Source: Clostridia bacterium
Lineage (GTDB): Bacteria > Bacillota > Clostridia > Oscillospirales > CAG-272
NCBI GenBank assembly: GCA_017456625.1
Contig: JAFTJB010000140.1
Location: 1-54,657, forward strand
Length of the DNA: 54,657 bases
Direction of reading: 5' to 3'
The notes beneath the pieces were generated by a model that did not search any database, was not told the origin of the DNA, and was given only the letters and a program-made list of their open reading frames with translations. The translations under genes were made by a program, and so were the position numbers. Positions 8,599 to 17,923 of the stretch are shown piece by piece; the first letter of the stretch is position 1; the number at the start of each line of letters is the position of its first letter.

Positions 8599-9211
8599 AA
8601 TACAGGTATGCGGTATTTGCGCCCAAAACACGCTTTCGAAGTTGAAAAAAGTAGTATCGTCGGACAAGATAGATCCGCTCGTGCTCGCGGCGCACTGTGC
8701 AGAAAAAATGATCCGAGCTGATACCTTTTCCGGATAGCCAATAGGGAGAAACGACGATGACCGCACAGTGAGGATCATTTGCAAGGCTTTTTGCGTTCGC
8801 GCAAAAAAATGGGTTTTCTCTTTTGGAGAGGAAAAGAACGTATACCTGTATGCCTTCAAGCTCCTTTTGCAGATATCGGTTGCTTTTTCGGGATTCCAGC
8901 AGCGCGGTAAGAAGGACACCGAGCATAAAGGCGCCGAGGATGGGCAGAATGACGAGAAAAATAGCGGTGGAGAACAGCACGAGCGCGCCGGTTTGCAGAA
9001 CGGCAAGAATGAACGATGTGATTTTGACGGTCAGTGCGACCGCGCGGAATTTTCGAAAATAAGAGAGCGCGCTTTTCCAAATCGCGTACAGCCTTGCGTG
9101 ACGGAAAAGATCGAACGCATAGCCGAGAAAAAAACGGTGCCTTGTGATGCGGCGGTTTTCGCAGATCATGTCGGAAACGCTGCCCGTATCTCGCTCATTC
9201 TTCTCCGTCAT
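8597..9211 (-). CDS. Hypothetical membrane protein
   Basis: Likely start MTEKNERD overlapping the upstream gene's end; long central hydrophobic hairpin and basic C-terminus; no family recognised. Confidence 0.6.
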   Translation of the reverse strand: MTEKNERDTGSVSDMICENRRITRHRFFLGYAFDLFRHARLYAIWKSALSYFRKFRAVALTVKITSFILAVLQTGALVLFSTAIFLVILPILGAFMLGVLLTALLESRKSNRYLQKELEGIQVYVLFLSKRENPFFCANAKSLANDPHCAVIVVSPYWLSGKGISSDHFFCTVRREHERIYLVRRYYFFQLRKRVLGANTAYLY

Positions 9212-9629
9212 GACCGTAGAAGACGTAGCGGTAGACGGCACGGCAGATGCCGCACACGGGGATGCAAAGCAAAAACCACAAAATGAAAAACGGCAGGCAG
9301 ATCTGTCCGAGCAGGTGATAGGGCATCTCGCTGTAGTCCCATACGCCGAGTCCGAGCCATAGGTTGAGGATGCATCCCGCAAAAAACTCAACGGCGGTGA
9401 TAAGCAGGGCACCGAGGAAGGCGCGAACGACCAAAAGGTTTTTCATGTGATGCTCGTTGATCTTGTAGATCGCCAGAAAGCAGACCGCTCCGCAGAGTGC
9501 CATGCTTGGGTGAGACCAACCGCGAAATGCAAGCTCGATGCAGTAATATCCCACGCCTCCAACGAGCAAAAGGAAGGGGATCTCGACAAGATTTTGTGCG
9601 AGCTTGGTGCCAACGTGTGTTTTTTTCAT
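9195..9629 (-). CDS. Putative ABC-transporter type IV / CmpB-like small membrane protein
   Basis: GGVGYYCIELAFRGWSHPSM, ITAVEFFAGCILN, VWDYSEMPYHLLGQICLPF are typical of this family; start MKKTH with AAGGA RBS. Confidence 0.75.
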   Translation of the reverse strand: MKKTHVGTKLAQNLVEIPFLLLVGGVGYYCIELAFRGWSHPSMALCGAVCFLAIYKINEHHMKNLLVVRAFLGALLITAVEFFAGCILNLWLGLGVWDYSEMPYHLLGQICLPFFILWFLLCIPVCGICRAVYRYVFYGHDGEE

Positions 9630-9763
9630 GTTCAAAGTCCTTTCTTTTGATAGATCGTATATTGAAGTATTCCCAAAAATGCAAAAAAAATGCAAAAAGC
9701 TATTGTAAAACGGTATTATTTTTGTTATAATAAAAAAAGATATGAAAAAGGAGAGGGCAACCG

Positions 9764-10594
9764 TTGGCGAATGAATTTGTAGTGAAGCGGGCAGAGAGCG
9801 CGCGGCGCGAGGCGGGAGCGTATCTTGCCGTTGGCGGAAACCGAATGCGCTTGATCACGGCAGAGCTGATCTGTCTTTTGACCGTCATGCTCTACGTTTT
9901 GCTCTACAATGCATACGATGCCGCACGTGTAGCACTTCTGCCGACCGATCATAGCGCATATGCTGTGGATATCGCACTTGCGACGGGCTTTGATCTGACC
10001 GTTTTGGCGGTTACGCTGTTTGTGACCGTTCCGCTTTTGTGCGGCTTGCTTCGCATCGCGGAGAGGATCACGGTAGAGCGTGAGGTGACTCTGACGGAGC
10101 TCTTTCATTCCTTTTCCTCAAAGCATGCGTATGCTCGCGCGGTGCGACTCTCCTGCAGATGTCTGTGGAAGCTTGCCGTTGCAGCGGTCGCCGTTCGGTG
10201 GATCTACGGGCTTGCGCGTATGCAGACAGGAGACGCGTATGCGGCATTCGGTGCCGTGCTCGCGGTCGTTTGCATTTCGTTTCTTGCATTGCTTTGGAGT
10301 GCCGACGGCTTCTATACGGCGTATTTCGCATATCGGAATGAGGACGTATCGGTGAGAGCGGCATACCGTTGCTCCCAACAGCTCTCACGCAACTGTCGAG
10401 CCGCCGCTTGGCATTTCGTGCTCGAATATCTGCTTTGGCTGGTCCTGTCGGTGCTGACCGCGGGGATTTTGCTTTTGGCTGACGTTCTGCCGCGTATACT
10501 CGTCTCCTATTTTCGCTTTTCGGAGCAGATCGAGCGCGCCGAGGCGACTGAAACAAGACTTTACCAATCGGAGGATATAAAAGACCATGAGTGA
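9764..10594 (+). CDS. DUF975-like membrane protein
   Basis: TM protein with VPLLCGL, LFHSF, AYRCSQQL and WLVLSVLTAGILLL...P pattern; overlaps the metG start. Confidence 0.55.
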   Translation: MANEFVVKRAESARREAGAYLAVGGNRMRLITAELICLLTVMLYVLLYNAYDAARVALLPTDHSAYAVDIALATGFDLTVLAVTLFVTVPLLCGLLRIAERITVEREVTLTELFHSFSSKHAYARAVRLSCRCLWKLAVAAVAVRWIYGLARMQTGDAYAAFGAVLAVVCISFLALLWSADGFYTAYFAYRNEDVSVRAAYRCSQQLSRNCRAAAWHFVLEYLLWLVLSVLTAGILLLADVLPRILVSYFRFSEQIERAEATETRLYQSEDIKDHE

Positions 10595-12536
10595 AAAATT
10601 TTACATGACAACCGCCATTGCTTACGCGTCGCGTAAGCCGCACTTCGGAAACACCTATGAGGTGATCATGAGTGATGCCGTTGCGCGCTATCGCAGAGCG
10701 TGCGGAGACGACGTGTTCTTCTGCACGGGTACCGACGAGCACGGTCAGAAGATCGAGAATCTTGCAAACGAGCAGGGAATTACGCCCAAGGCATACGTTG
10801 ACGGCGTTGCGGGAGAGATCCGCGGAATTTGGGATAAGATGAATTCCAGCTACGATTATTTCATCCGCACCACCGATGACTATCACGAAAAGGCAGTGCA
10901 GAAGATCTTCCGCAAGTTCTACGAGAAGGGCGATATCTATAAGGGACACTATGAGGGCTGGTACTGCACGCCCTGCGAGTCCTTCTTCACCGCAACTCAG
11001 GCGGTAGACGGAAAATGTCCCGATTGCGGCAGACCCGTCGCGCAGGCGCAGGAGGAGGCGTACTTCTTCAAGATGAGCAAGTATGCGGATCGCCTCATGA
11101 AGCACATCGAGGAGAATCCCGATTTCATTCAGCCCGAGCTGCGCAAAAAGGAAATGGTCAACAACTTCCTCAAGGCAGGATTGCAGGATCTTTGCGTATC
11201 CCGCTCCTCCTTTACCTGGGGCATTCCCGTGGACTTTGACCAAAAGCACGTCGTTTACGTTTGGCTCGATGCGCTGACCAACTATATCACCGCTCTGGGC
11301 TACGACCCCGACAAGAGCTATGAGGAGCAGTCCGAGCATTTCCGCAAGTATTGGCCTGCCGACGTGCACATCATCGGTAAGGACATCCTGCGCTTCCACA
11401 CCATTTATTGGCCTATCTTTCTCATGGCGCTCGATCTCCCGCTTCCCAAGCAGGTGTTCGGTCATCCGTGGTTTAATTTCGGTATGGATAAGATGTCCAA
11501 GTCCAAGGGCAACGTCATTTACGCCGACAAGCTCGCGGAGCACTTCTCTGTGGACGGTGTGCGCTACTACGCGCTTTCCGAGATGCCCTTTGCAAGCGAC
11601 GGATCAATCACCTACGAGGCGGTCATCAAGCGCTACAACACAGATCTGGTCAACAATCTCGGCAACCTCGTCAAGCGTACGCTTGATATGAACAAGAAGT
11701 ATTTTTCAAAGATTGTTCCCACGCCCGCGGGTGAGGAGGGACCCGATGCGGATCTCAAGGAGACCTGTGTCAAGACCTTTGCAAGGATGCGCGCGTGCAT
11801 GGATACCTACCACGTAGCGGATGCGCTCGAGGCGATCTTTGAGATGCTCAGCCGCGCAAACAAATATATCGACGAGACCACTCCTTGGACGCTTGCGAAG
11901 GACGAAGCAAGCCGCGCGCGCCTCGGTACGGTCCTCTATAACCTCATGGAGGCGATCCGTTGGGGTGCCGTCATGCTCGCGCCCTTCATTCCCGCAACCG
12001 CAGAGGAGATCTTCTCCGAGCTTGCGACCGACAAGCGTACCTTCGAAACGCTCGGTGCGTTTGGCGGTATGGTGCCGGGGGCTGAGACGGGAGACTCCAA
12101 GGTGCTCTTTGCCCGTGTCGACGAGGAAAAGAAGCTTGCCGAGTTTGAGGCAGAGCGTCAGGCAATGATCGCAGCTGCAAAGGCAGAGGAGAAGCCCGAA
12201 AAGCCCGAGGGCTGTGCATTGATCGGCATTGAGGACTTTATGAACGTTGAGCTTCGTACGGCGAAGATCCTCTCCTGCGAGAAGGTACCGAAGGCGAAAA
12301 AGCTGCTCAAGCTACAGGTCGATCTCGGTTATGAGCAGAGACAGGTCGTGTCCGGCATTGCTAAGTGGTATGCACCCGAGGAGCTTGTTGGCAAAAAGAT
12401 CATTCTCGTTGCCAACCTCAAGCCCGCAACGCTGTGCGGCATTGAGTCCAACGGCATGATCCTCGCATCGGGCGAGGAGACCGTGCGCGTGGTATTCCTG
12501 GCGGATGACACGCCTCTCGGAGAAAGAGTCAGATAA
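10587..12536 (+). CDS. metG: Methionine--tRNA ligase with C-terminal tRNA-binding domain
   Basis: TTAIAY..PHFGN (HIGH variant), GTDEHGQK, CxxC zinc knuckles, YVWLDAL, GKDILRFH, KMSKS, C-terminal OB domain (RQVVSGIA, ESNGMIL). Confidence 0.97.
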   Translation: MSEKFYMTTAIAYASRKPHFGNTYEVIMSDAVARYRRACGDDVFFCTGTDEHGQKIENLANEQGITPKAYVDGVAGEIRGIWDKMNSSYDYFIRTTDDYHEKAVQKIFRKFYEKGDIYKGHYEGWYCTPCESFFTATQAVDGKCPDCGRPVAQAQEEAYFFKMSKYADRLMKHIEENPDFIQPELRKKEMVNNFLKAGLQDLCVSRSSFTWGIPVDFDQKHVVYVWLDALTNYITALGYDPDKSYEEQSEHFRKYWPADVHIIGKDILRFHTIYWPIFLMALDLPLPKQVFGHPWFNFGMDKMSKSKGNVIYADKLAEHFSVDGVRYYALSEMPFASDGSITYEAVIKRYNTDLVNNLGNLVKRTLDMNKKYFSKIVPTPAGEEGPDADLKETCVKTFARMRACMDTYHVADALEAIFEMLSRANKYIDETTPWTLAKDEASRARLGTVLYNLMEAIRWGAVMLAPFIPATAEEIFSELATDKRTFETLGAFGGMVPGAETGDSKVLFARVDEEKKLAEFEAERQAMIAAAKAEEKPEKPEGCALIGIEDFMNVELRTAKILSCEKVPKAKKLLKLQVDLGYEQRQVVSGIAKWYAPEELVGKKIILVANLKPATLCGIESNGMILASGEETVRVVFLADDTPLGERVR

Positions 12537-12549
12537 ACAATAAACAGAC

Positions 12550-12594
12550 GTGGGAAAGACCTTTGATTGGGGCTTTCCCACACTTTTCAAAAAA
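12550..12594 (+). repeat. REP-like hairpin+tail element, divergent copy
   Basis: GTGGGAAAG...CTTTCCCAC followed by ACTTTTCAAAAA, just 3' of the metG stop. Confidence 0.4.
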
Positions 12595-12605
12595 GGAGGG
12601 AACGT

Positions 12606-13565
12606 ATGAGGATCACAGTGATCGGCTGCGGACGTTGGGGCTCGCTCATTACCTGGTATTTGGATCGGATCGGACAGGACGTAACGCTGTACGGACGTGC
12701 GGGCTCGGAAAATATGAAGCGTTTTTTGGAAACGCGGAGCAACGATCTGCTCACGCTCCCCGAGCGTGTCGCGCTTTCAACGTCGCTTGAGAGCACGCAA
12801 AATGCCGACGTTATCATTATTTCGGTCAACGCGCAGGGGCTTCGTGCACTGATGGAGCGTGATCTGGCTCCCTTACAGTTGAAAAATAAGATCTTTGTGC
12901 TCTGTATGACGGGAATCGAGGTCGAGACGGGGAAAAGGCTTTCGGAGATCGTTGCCGAAACGAGCGATCCCACCAATCGTGTTGCCGTTTGGCTCGGTCC
13001 CGGGCACGTGCAGGAGTTTTTTGCGGGCATTCCCAATTGCATGGTCATCGACAGTGCAGATGAGGCGACCAAGGAGCAGCTCGTCAATGCGTTTTCGGGG
13101 GATCTGATCCGCTTTTATTACGGGCAGGATCTCATCGGCAACGAGATCGGCGGCGCAGCCAAGAACGTCATCGGTATCGCCGCGGGATTTCTCGACGGAC
13201 TTGGGCTTTCCACGCTCAAGGGTGCGCTCATGAGCCGCGGAACACGTGAGATCGCGCGCTTGATCGAGGCGATGGGCGGTAATCCCATGTCGGCATACGG
13301 ACTTTGCCATTTGGGGGACTACGAAGCGACCGTTTTCTCGAAATTCTCTCATAATCGCGGCTTTGGAGAGGATTTTGTGAGGGGAAAGCACTTTGAAAAG
13401 CTTGCCGAAGGATATGAGACAGCGCGTGCTCTGCATGGGCTTGCAAGCCGTTATCATGTTGAGCTTCCCATTTGCGAGGCAGTCTATTCCGTGCTTTATG
13501 AGGGACGTGACGCACGCGAGGCGCTTGAGGCGCTCTTTACAAGAAGCTTAAAAAAGGAATTTTGA
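12606..13565 (+). CDS. gpsA: NAD(P)H-dependent glycerol-3-phosphate dehydrogenase
   Basis: GCGRWG Rossmann motif, GPGH, EIGGAAKNVIGIAAG, GLCHLGD, SHNR, AEG, VELPI. Confidence 0.88.
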   Translation: MRITVIGCGRWGSLITWYLDRIGQDVTLYGRAGSENMKRFLETRSNDLLTLPERVALSTSLESTQNADVIIISVNAQGLRALMERDLAPLQLKNKIFVLCMTGIEVETGKRLSEIVAETSDPTNRVAVWLGPGHVQEFFAGIPNCMVIDSADEATKEQLVNAFSGDLIRFYYGQDLIGNEIGGAAKNVIGIAAGFLDGLGLSTLKGALMSRGTREIARLIEAMGGNPMSAYGLCHLGDYEATVFSKFSHNRGFGEDFVRGKHFEKLAEGYETARALHGLASRYHVELPICEAVYSVLYEGRDAREALEALFTRSLKKEF

Positions 13566-13568
13566 GAT

Positions 13569-14387
13569 ATGCAAGGAATTTTTGATTCACACGCGCACTA
13601 TTTTGACACGCGATTTGAAAAAGAGACGGAGGGTGGGGCAGAGAGGCTTCTTGCCGAGATCATGCCGTCCCCCGTGTCGCATATCATTAACGTCGGTACC
13701 GATCTCCAAAATTCTCGCGCGGCGGTCGCGCAGGCGATGCGACATGACGGTATGTACGCGGCGGTCGGTATTCATCCGGGGGACTGTCATTTTCTTCCCG
13801 ATGCCGACGTGGTGCTCGAGGAGCTTGAGAAGCTGATCGGGAGCGGTGCGGATAGACGGGCAAAAAAGATCGTGGCACTGGGCGAGATCGGCTTGGATTA
13901 CCATTACGATCACTATGGCGATATTCCTATGGATCGCGAAAAAGAGGCGTATTTTTTTACACGTCAGCTTGAGATGGCGGAGCGTCTGGGGCTTCCCGTC
14001 ATCATTCACGACAGGGAAGCGCACGGCGATTGCTTTGAGACGGTCTTGCGCTATCCGAACGTGCGCGGCGTATTCCACAGCTTCAGCGGAAGCGCGGAGA
14101 TGGCACGCGAGCTAACGAGGAGAGGCTGGTATATTTCCTTCTCGGGAACCATGACCTTCAAGAATGCAGAGCGCGTCCGCGCGGCGGCACGCGCTGTTCC
14201 GCGCGACCGCTTGCTCATTGAGACCGACGCCCCCTATCTTGCACCGCATCCGTTGCGCGGAAGCCTCAATCACTCCGGGCTTCTCGTACACACCGTCTCA
14301 GCACTTGCCGAGCTTTGGGATTGCTCATCGCAGGAGGCGGTCGATGTTACCGCGCAAAATGCCAAAACGCTCTTCGGAATTGTATAA
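13569..14387 (+). CDS. tatD: TatD family deoxyribonuclease
   Basis: DSHAH, GIHP, GEIGLDY, IHDREAH, HSFSGS, ETDAPYLAP. Confidence 0.93.
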   Translation: MQGIFDSHAHYFDTRFEKETEGGAERLLAEIMPSPVSHIINVGTDLQNSRAAVAQAMRHDGMYAAVGIHPGDCHFLPDADVVLEELEKLIGSGADRRAKKIVALGEIGLDYHYDHYGDIPMDREKEAYFFTRQLEMAERLGLPVIIHDREAHGDCFETVLRYPNVRGVFHSFSGSAEMARELTRRGWYISFSGTMTFKNAERVRAAARAVPRDRLLIETDAPYLAPHPLRGSLNHSGLLVHTVSALAELWDCSSQEAVDVTAQNAKTLFGIV

Positions 14388-14448
14388 AATAACCAAAAAA
14401 CGGAAGTCGAATTCTACGCTTCATCGTATATAAAGTTGAAAAAAACTA

Positions 14449-14536
14449 TTGAAAAATTTTCTAACATAAGATATAATAATAGAAAGATCGAAAATAACCC
14501 CTTGCTGCAATCGCACGGCGAGGCGGGATTTTCGGT
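14449..14536 (+). promoter_or_regulatory. Sigma-A promoter and structured 5' leader of the EF-G paralogue
   Basis: TTGAAA (14449-14454), 17 nt, TATAAT (14472-14477); leader hairpin ATCGAAAAT...ATTTTCGGT (14487-14536). Confidence 0.6.
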
Positions 14537-14564
14537 GTGGAAAATCTATCAATGAAAGGTATCA

Positions 14565-16628
14565 ATGGTTATTACAATGGCGAAGTTTGAAACAAAAAAC
14601 ATCCGAAACGTAGCGCTTTTGGGACACGGAGGCTCGGGAAAGACCTCTCTTGCAGAGGCAATGCTTTACATCACGGGCGGTACTGACCGTCTCGGAAACG
14701 TCACAGCCGGAAATACCGTATGCGATTACGATGCAGAAGAGGTTGCAAGACATTTTTCCATTTCCGCAGCGGTTGCTCCCGTTGTTTGGAAGGATGTTAA
14801 GATCAACGTGATCGATACCCCCGGTTATCTCGATTTCTCGGGCGAGGTTCAGCAGGCACTCCGCGTTGCGGACAGCGCGATCATTGTGGTCGACGGCAAG
14901 GCAGGTATCGAGGTTGGTACCGAGCTTGCATGGGATAATGTACAGGCTGCGGGCATCCCCACTGCATTCTTTATTAATAAATTCGACGATAACGAGGCGC
15001 GCTTTGCTCGCGTGCTCGATTCTCTCCATATGACCTTCGGTAAGCACGTTTGCCCGCTGACCATCCCCATGGTCAAGAACGGTGAGGTGGTCGGTGCGAT
15101 CGACCTGATCGACCAGACCGCGCACGTGTTCGATAACAACGGACGTCACAGCGTAGAGCTGATCCCCGAGGAGTCCAAGGAGGCGGTTGAAAAGTTCCGC
15201 GAAATGCTCATGGAAGCAGTTGCAAGCACCGACGAGGAGCTGATGATGAAGTTCTTCGAGGGCGAGGAGATCACCCACATGGAGGCGATCAACGCAGTTC
15301 ACGAGGGTATCATTCACGGTGATATCGTTCCCGTATTCTGCGGCGCGGCAACCAAGCTTTGGGGCGTATGGACCATGCTGGATAAGATCAGCGAGTCCTT
15401 CCCGAGACATACCGCAAAGAAGAACGAGATCCTCGTTGACGGTTCCGAGAAGGAGATCTCCGTTGACGGTGAGCCCGCGATCTTCGTATTTAAGACCGTT
15501 GCCGACCCGTTCGTCGGAAAAATGTCCTTCTTCAAGGTCATGAACGGTACCGTAAAGCGCGATATGATGCTCCGCAACAACGTCACGGGCAATTCCGAGA
15601 AGCTTGCACACATCTATGAGATGAAGGGCAAGAAGCAGACCGAGGTCGAGGAGCTTTCCTGCGGTGATATCGGTATGGTCGCAAAGCTTACCGATACCAA
15701 CACCAACGATACGCTCTCCTGGAACACCGAATTCTGCTACAAGAAGATCGAGTACGCAACGCCTTATATGGTCAAGGTTATGATCCCTGTCTCCAAGGGC
15801 GACGAGGGTAAGATCTCGCAGAGCATTACCCGTATGACCGAGGAGGATTACACCCTCAAGTTTGAAAACGAAGCAGCTACCAAGCAGCTCCTCATTTACG
15901 GTCTGGGTGAGATGCACCTCTCCGTGCTTTCCGCAAGACTGAAGGGGCGCTTTGGACTGAACGTACGCTTTGATGTACCGAAGATCGCATACCGCGAGAA
16001 GATCACCAAGGCGGTAGACGTAGAAGGTAAGCACAAGAAGCAGAACGGTGGCTCGGGTCAGTACGGTCACGTTAAGATGCGCTTTGCTCCCGCAGAGGAG
16101 GAGGGACTTACCTTTACCGTTTCCGTTGTTGGCGGTACGGTTCCGAAGAACTTCTATCCCGCAGTAGAGAAGGGCGTTCAGGACGCGATGGCAAAGGGTG
16201 CTTACGGCTATCCTCTGACCAACCTTGCCGCTGACCTCTACGACGGCTCTTATCACGCAGTCGACTCCGATGAGCTTTCCTTCAAGACCGCGGCATCTCT
16301 TGCATACAAGAAGTGCCTCGAGTCCGCAGGCCCCGTTCTTTTGGAGCCTGTAGGAAACATGAACATCACCGTTCCCGAGTCCTTGGTCGGTGACGTCATG
16401 GGCGACCTCAACAAGCGTCGCGGAAGCGTTATGGGAATGGAGCCCGCAGAGAAGAAGGGCTACACGGTCGTTCAGGCGATCGCTCCCAAGGCAGAGATCA
16501 TGGATTACCCGATCGTTCTGCGCGCAATGACGCAGGGACGCGGCTCGTTCGACTATGAGGTGACGGGCTACGACGTTGTTCCCGCGAACATCACCGCAAA
16601 GGTCGTTGCGGACAACAAGGCTGAATAA
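14565..16628 (+). CDS. Elongation factor G paralogue (EF-G2/spdEFG-like), outside the str operon
   Basis: GHGGSGKT, DTPGY, NKFD, GLGEMHL, YREKIT, KKQNGGSGQYG, DGSYHAVDSDE, LLEP; no adjacent rpsL/rpsG/tuf. Confidence 0.9.
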   Translation: MVITMAKFETKNIRNVALLGHGGSGKTSLAEAMLYITGGTDRLGNVTAGNTVCDYDAEEVARHFSISAAVAPVVWKDVKINVIDTPGYLDFSGEVQQALRVADSAIIVVDGKAGIEVGTELAWDNVQAAGIPTAFFINKFDDNEARFARVLDSLHMTFGKHVCPLTIPMVKNGEVVGAIDLIDQTAHVFDNNGRHSVELIPEESKEAVEKFREMLMEAVASTDEELMMKFFEGEEITHMEAINAVHEGIIHGDIVPVFCGAATKLWGVWTMLDKISESFPRHTAKKNEILVDGSEKEISVDGEPAIFVFKTVADPFVGKMSFFKVMNGTVKRDMMLRNNVTGNSEKLAHIYEMKGKKQTEVEELSCGDIGMVAKLTDTNTNDTLSWNTEFCYKKIEYATPYMVKVMIPVSKGDEGKISQSITRMTEEDYTLKFENEAATKQLLIYGLGEMHLSVLSARLKGRFGLNVRFDVPKIAYREKITKAVDVEGKHKKQNGGSGQYGHVKMRFAPAEEEGLTFTVSVVGGTVPKNFYPAVEKGVQDAMAKGAYGYPLTNLAADLYDGSYHAVDSDELSFKTAASLAYKKCLESAGPVLLEPVGNMNITVPESLVGDVMGDLNKRRGSVMGMEPAEKKGYTVVQAIAPKAEIMDYPIVLRAMTQGRGSFDYEVTGYDVVPANITAKVVADNKAE

Positions 16629-16639
16629 TTAAAAAAATC

Positions 16640-16667
16640 GGGACTGCTGCCATATGGTGGCAGTCCC
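16640..16667 (+). terminator. GC-rich stem-loop after the EF-G paralogue (possible terminator or stabiliser)
   Basis: GGGACTGCTGCC-ATAT-GGTGGCAGTCCC; weak U-tract on +, A-tract on its left. Confidence 0.45.
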
Positions 16668-16701
16668 ACAGTTTGGAATTACGGAAAGGATCGTTTCTAT
16701 C

Positions 16702-17769
16702 ATGACGTCAGAACTCAAAAAAATCGGTGAAAGGTTTGCTCTTAAGGGAGAATTTTGCTCCTACAAGCAGATGACCAACGGCAACATCAACTCTACCTAT
16801 CAGGTGTTTTACAATGAGAACGGTGCTGCGCATGCGTACATCTTTCAGCGCATCAATCAAAACGTGTTCAAAAAACCCGTTGAGATCATGCAGAACATTG
16901 ATAAGGTGACCTCGCACATTCTTGCAAAGGGCGGAAATTCGCTCAATTTCTATAAGACCACAGATGGAGAGAACTATCTTTTTGACGATGCGGGAGGCTT
17001 TTGGCGCGTGACCGATTTTATCGAGTCCGTGACCTTCAATTCCTGCGAGGATACCGCAACGATCTCCAACGTGGGCGCGGCATTTGGCGAGTTTCAGATG
17101 CAGCTTGCGGATTTTGACGGCTCGCTCCTCTTTGAGACGATCCCGAATTTCCATAATACCAAAAATCGCTACGAGCATTTCCACGCCGTTGTGACGGCAG
17201 ACCCTGTGGGGCGTGTCTCCAAGGTGAGAATTGAATTGGAGAAGCTCGAGGATCTGGAAACGCGCGCGTGCGAGCTTTCCGTTCGCTACGCAAATGGCGA
17301 TTTCCCGATCCGAGTCACACACAACGATACCAAGGCGAACAACGTGCTCTTCGATAAGGTCACGCTCAAGCCCTTGGTCGTGATCGATCTGGATACTGTC
17401 ATGCCCGGTATGGCGATGTACGATTTCGGTGACGCGGTGCGCTTTATCTGCAACACCGCCGAGGAGGACGAAGCGGATCTTTCCAAGGTCTCCTTTGATA
17501 TAGAGAAGTTCCGCGCCTTCGCGCAGGGCTACATCGGACAGGTCAAGAACGCGCTTACCAAGGATGAGTTGGATAGCCTTGTTCTCGGTGCGTTTTCCGC
17601 CACCGTGGAGCTTGCCGTTCGCTTCCTCGATGATTACGTTAACGGTGACACCTACTTCAAGGTGCTCTATCCCGAGCATAATCTTGTTCGCGCGCGTTGC
17701 CAGCTGACCCTCGCTCTTGACATTCTTAAAAAGTATGATCAACTTCTGGATATTGTGAAAGATTGTTAA
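16702..17769 (+). CDS. Aminoglycoside-phosphotransferase-fold kinase (N-acetylhexosamine 1-kinase-like)
   Basis: GNINSTY, QRINQNVF, ETIPNFHNT, THNDTKANNVLF, IDLDTVMPG, DFGD, RFLDDY..GD.YFK, HNLVRAR. Confidence 0.8.
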   Translation: MTSELKKIGERFALKGEFCSYKQMTNGNINSTYQVFYNENGAAHAYIFQRINQNVFKKPVEIMQNIDKVTSHILAKGGNSLNFYKTTDGENYLFDDAGGFWRVTDFIESVTFNSCEDTATISNVGAAFGEFQMQLADFDGSLLFETIPNFHNTKNRYEHFHAVVTADPVGRVSKVRIELEKLEDLETRACELSVRYANGDFPIRVTHNDTKANNVLFDKVTLKPLVVIDLDTVMPGMAMYDFGDAVRFICNTAEEDEADLSKVSFDIEKFRAFAQGYIGQVKNALTKDELDSLVLGAFSATVELAVRFLDDYVNGDTYFKVLYPEHNLVRARCQLTLALDILKKYDQLLDIVKDC

Positions 17770-17781
17770 GGTGAAAGAATA

Positions 17782-17847
17782 TGGGAGAGAGGAAACTCTT
17801 GAAAGAGCTTTCCTCTCTCCCAAACCCTCTCACCTTCAGAACCTTTC
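17782..17847 (+). repeat. REP-like hairpin+tail element, copy A
   Basis: TGGGAGAGAGGAAACTCTT-G-AAAGAGCTTTCCTCTCTCCCA then AACCCTCTCACCTTCAGAACCTTT; shares the 15-mer GGGAGAGAGGAAACT with 18573-18587. Confidence 0.7.
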
Positions 17848-17851
17848 ACAC

Positions 17852-17893
17852 CAAACGAAAAGCAGACCTCAAAAGAGGTCTGCTTTTCGTTTG
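17852..17893. terminator. Long perfect hairpin, probable bidirectional terminator
   Basis: CAAACGAAAAGCAGACCTC-AAAA-GAGGTCTGCTTTTCGTTTG between convergent genes; a further hairpin GCAAGCCTCTCA-T-TGAGAGGCTTGC follows at 17895-17919. Confidence 0.8.
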
Positions 17894-17923
17894 CGCAAGC
17901 CTCTCATTGAGAGGCTTGCATTG

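Noticed and set aside
10068-17823. Long minus-strand ORFs (491, 564, 371 aa) over metG, the EF-G paralogue and the kinase
   Set aside because: Codon-mirror shadows of conserved genes with no independent coding evidence.
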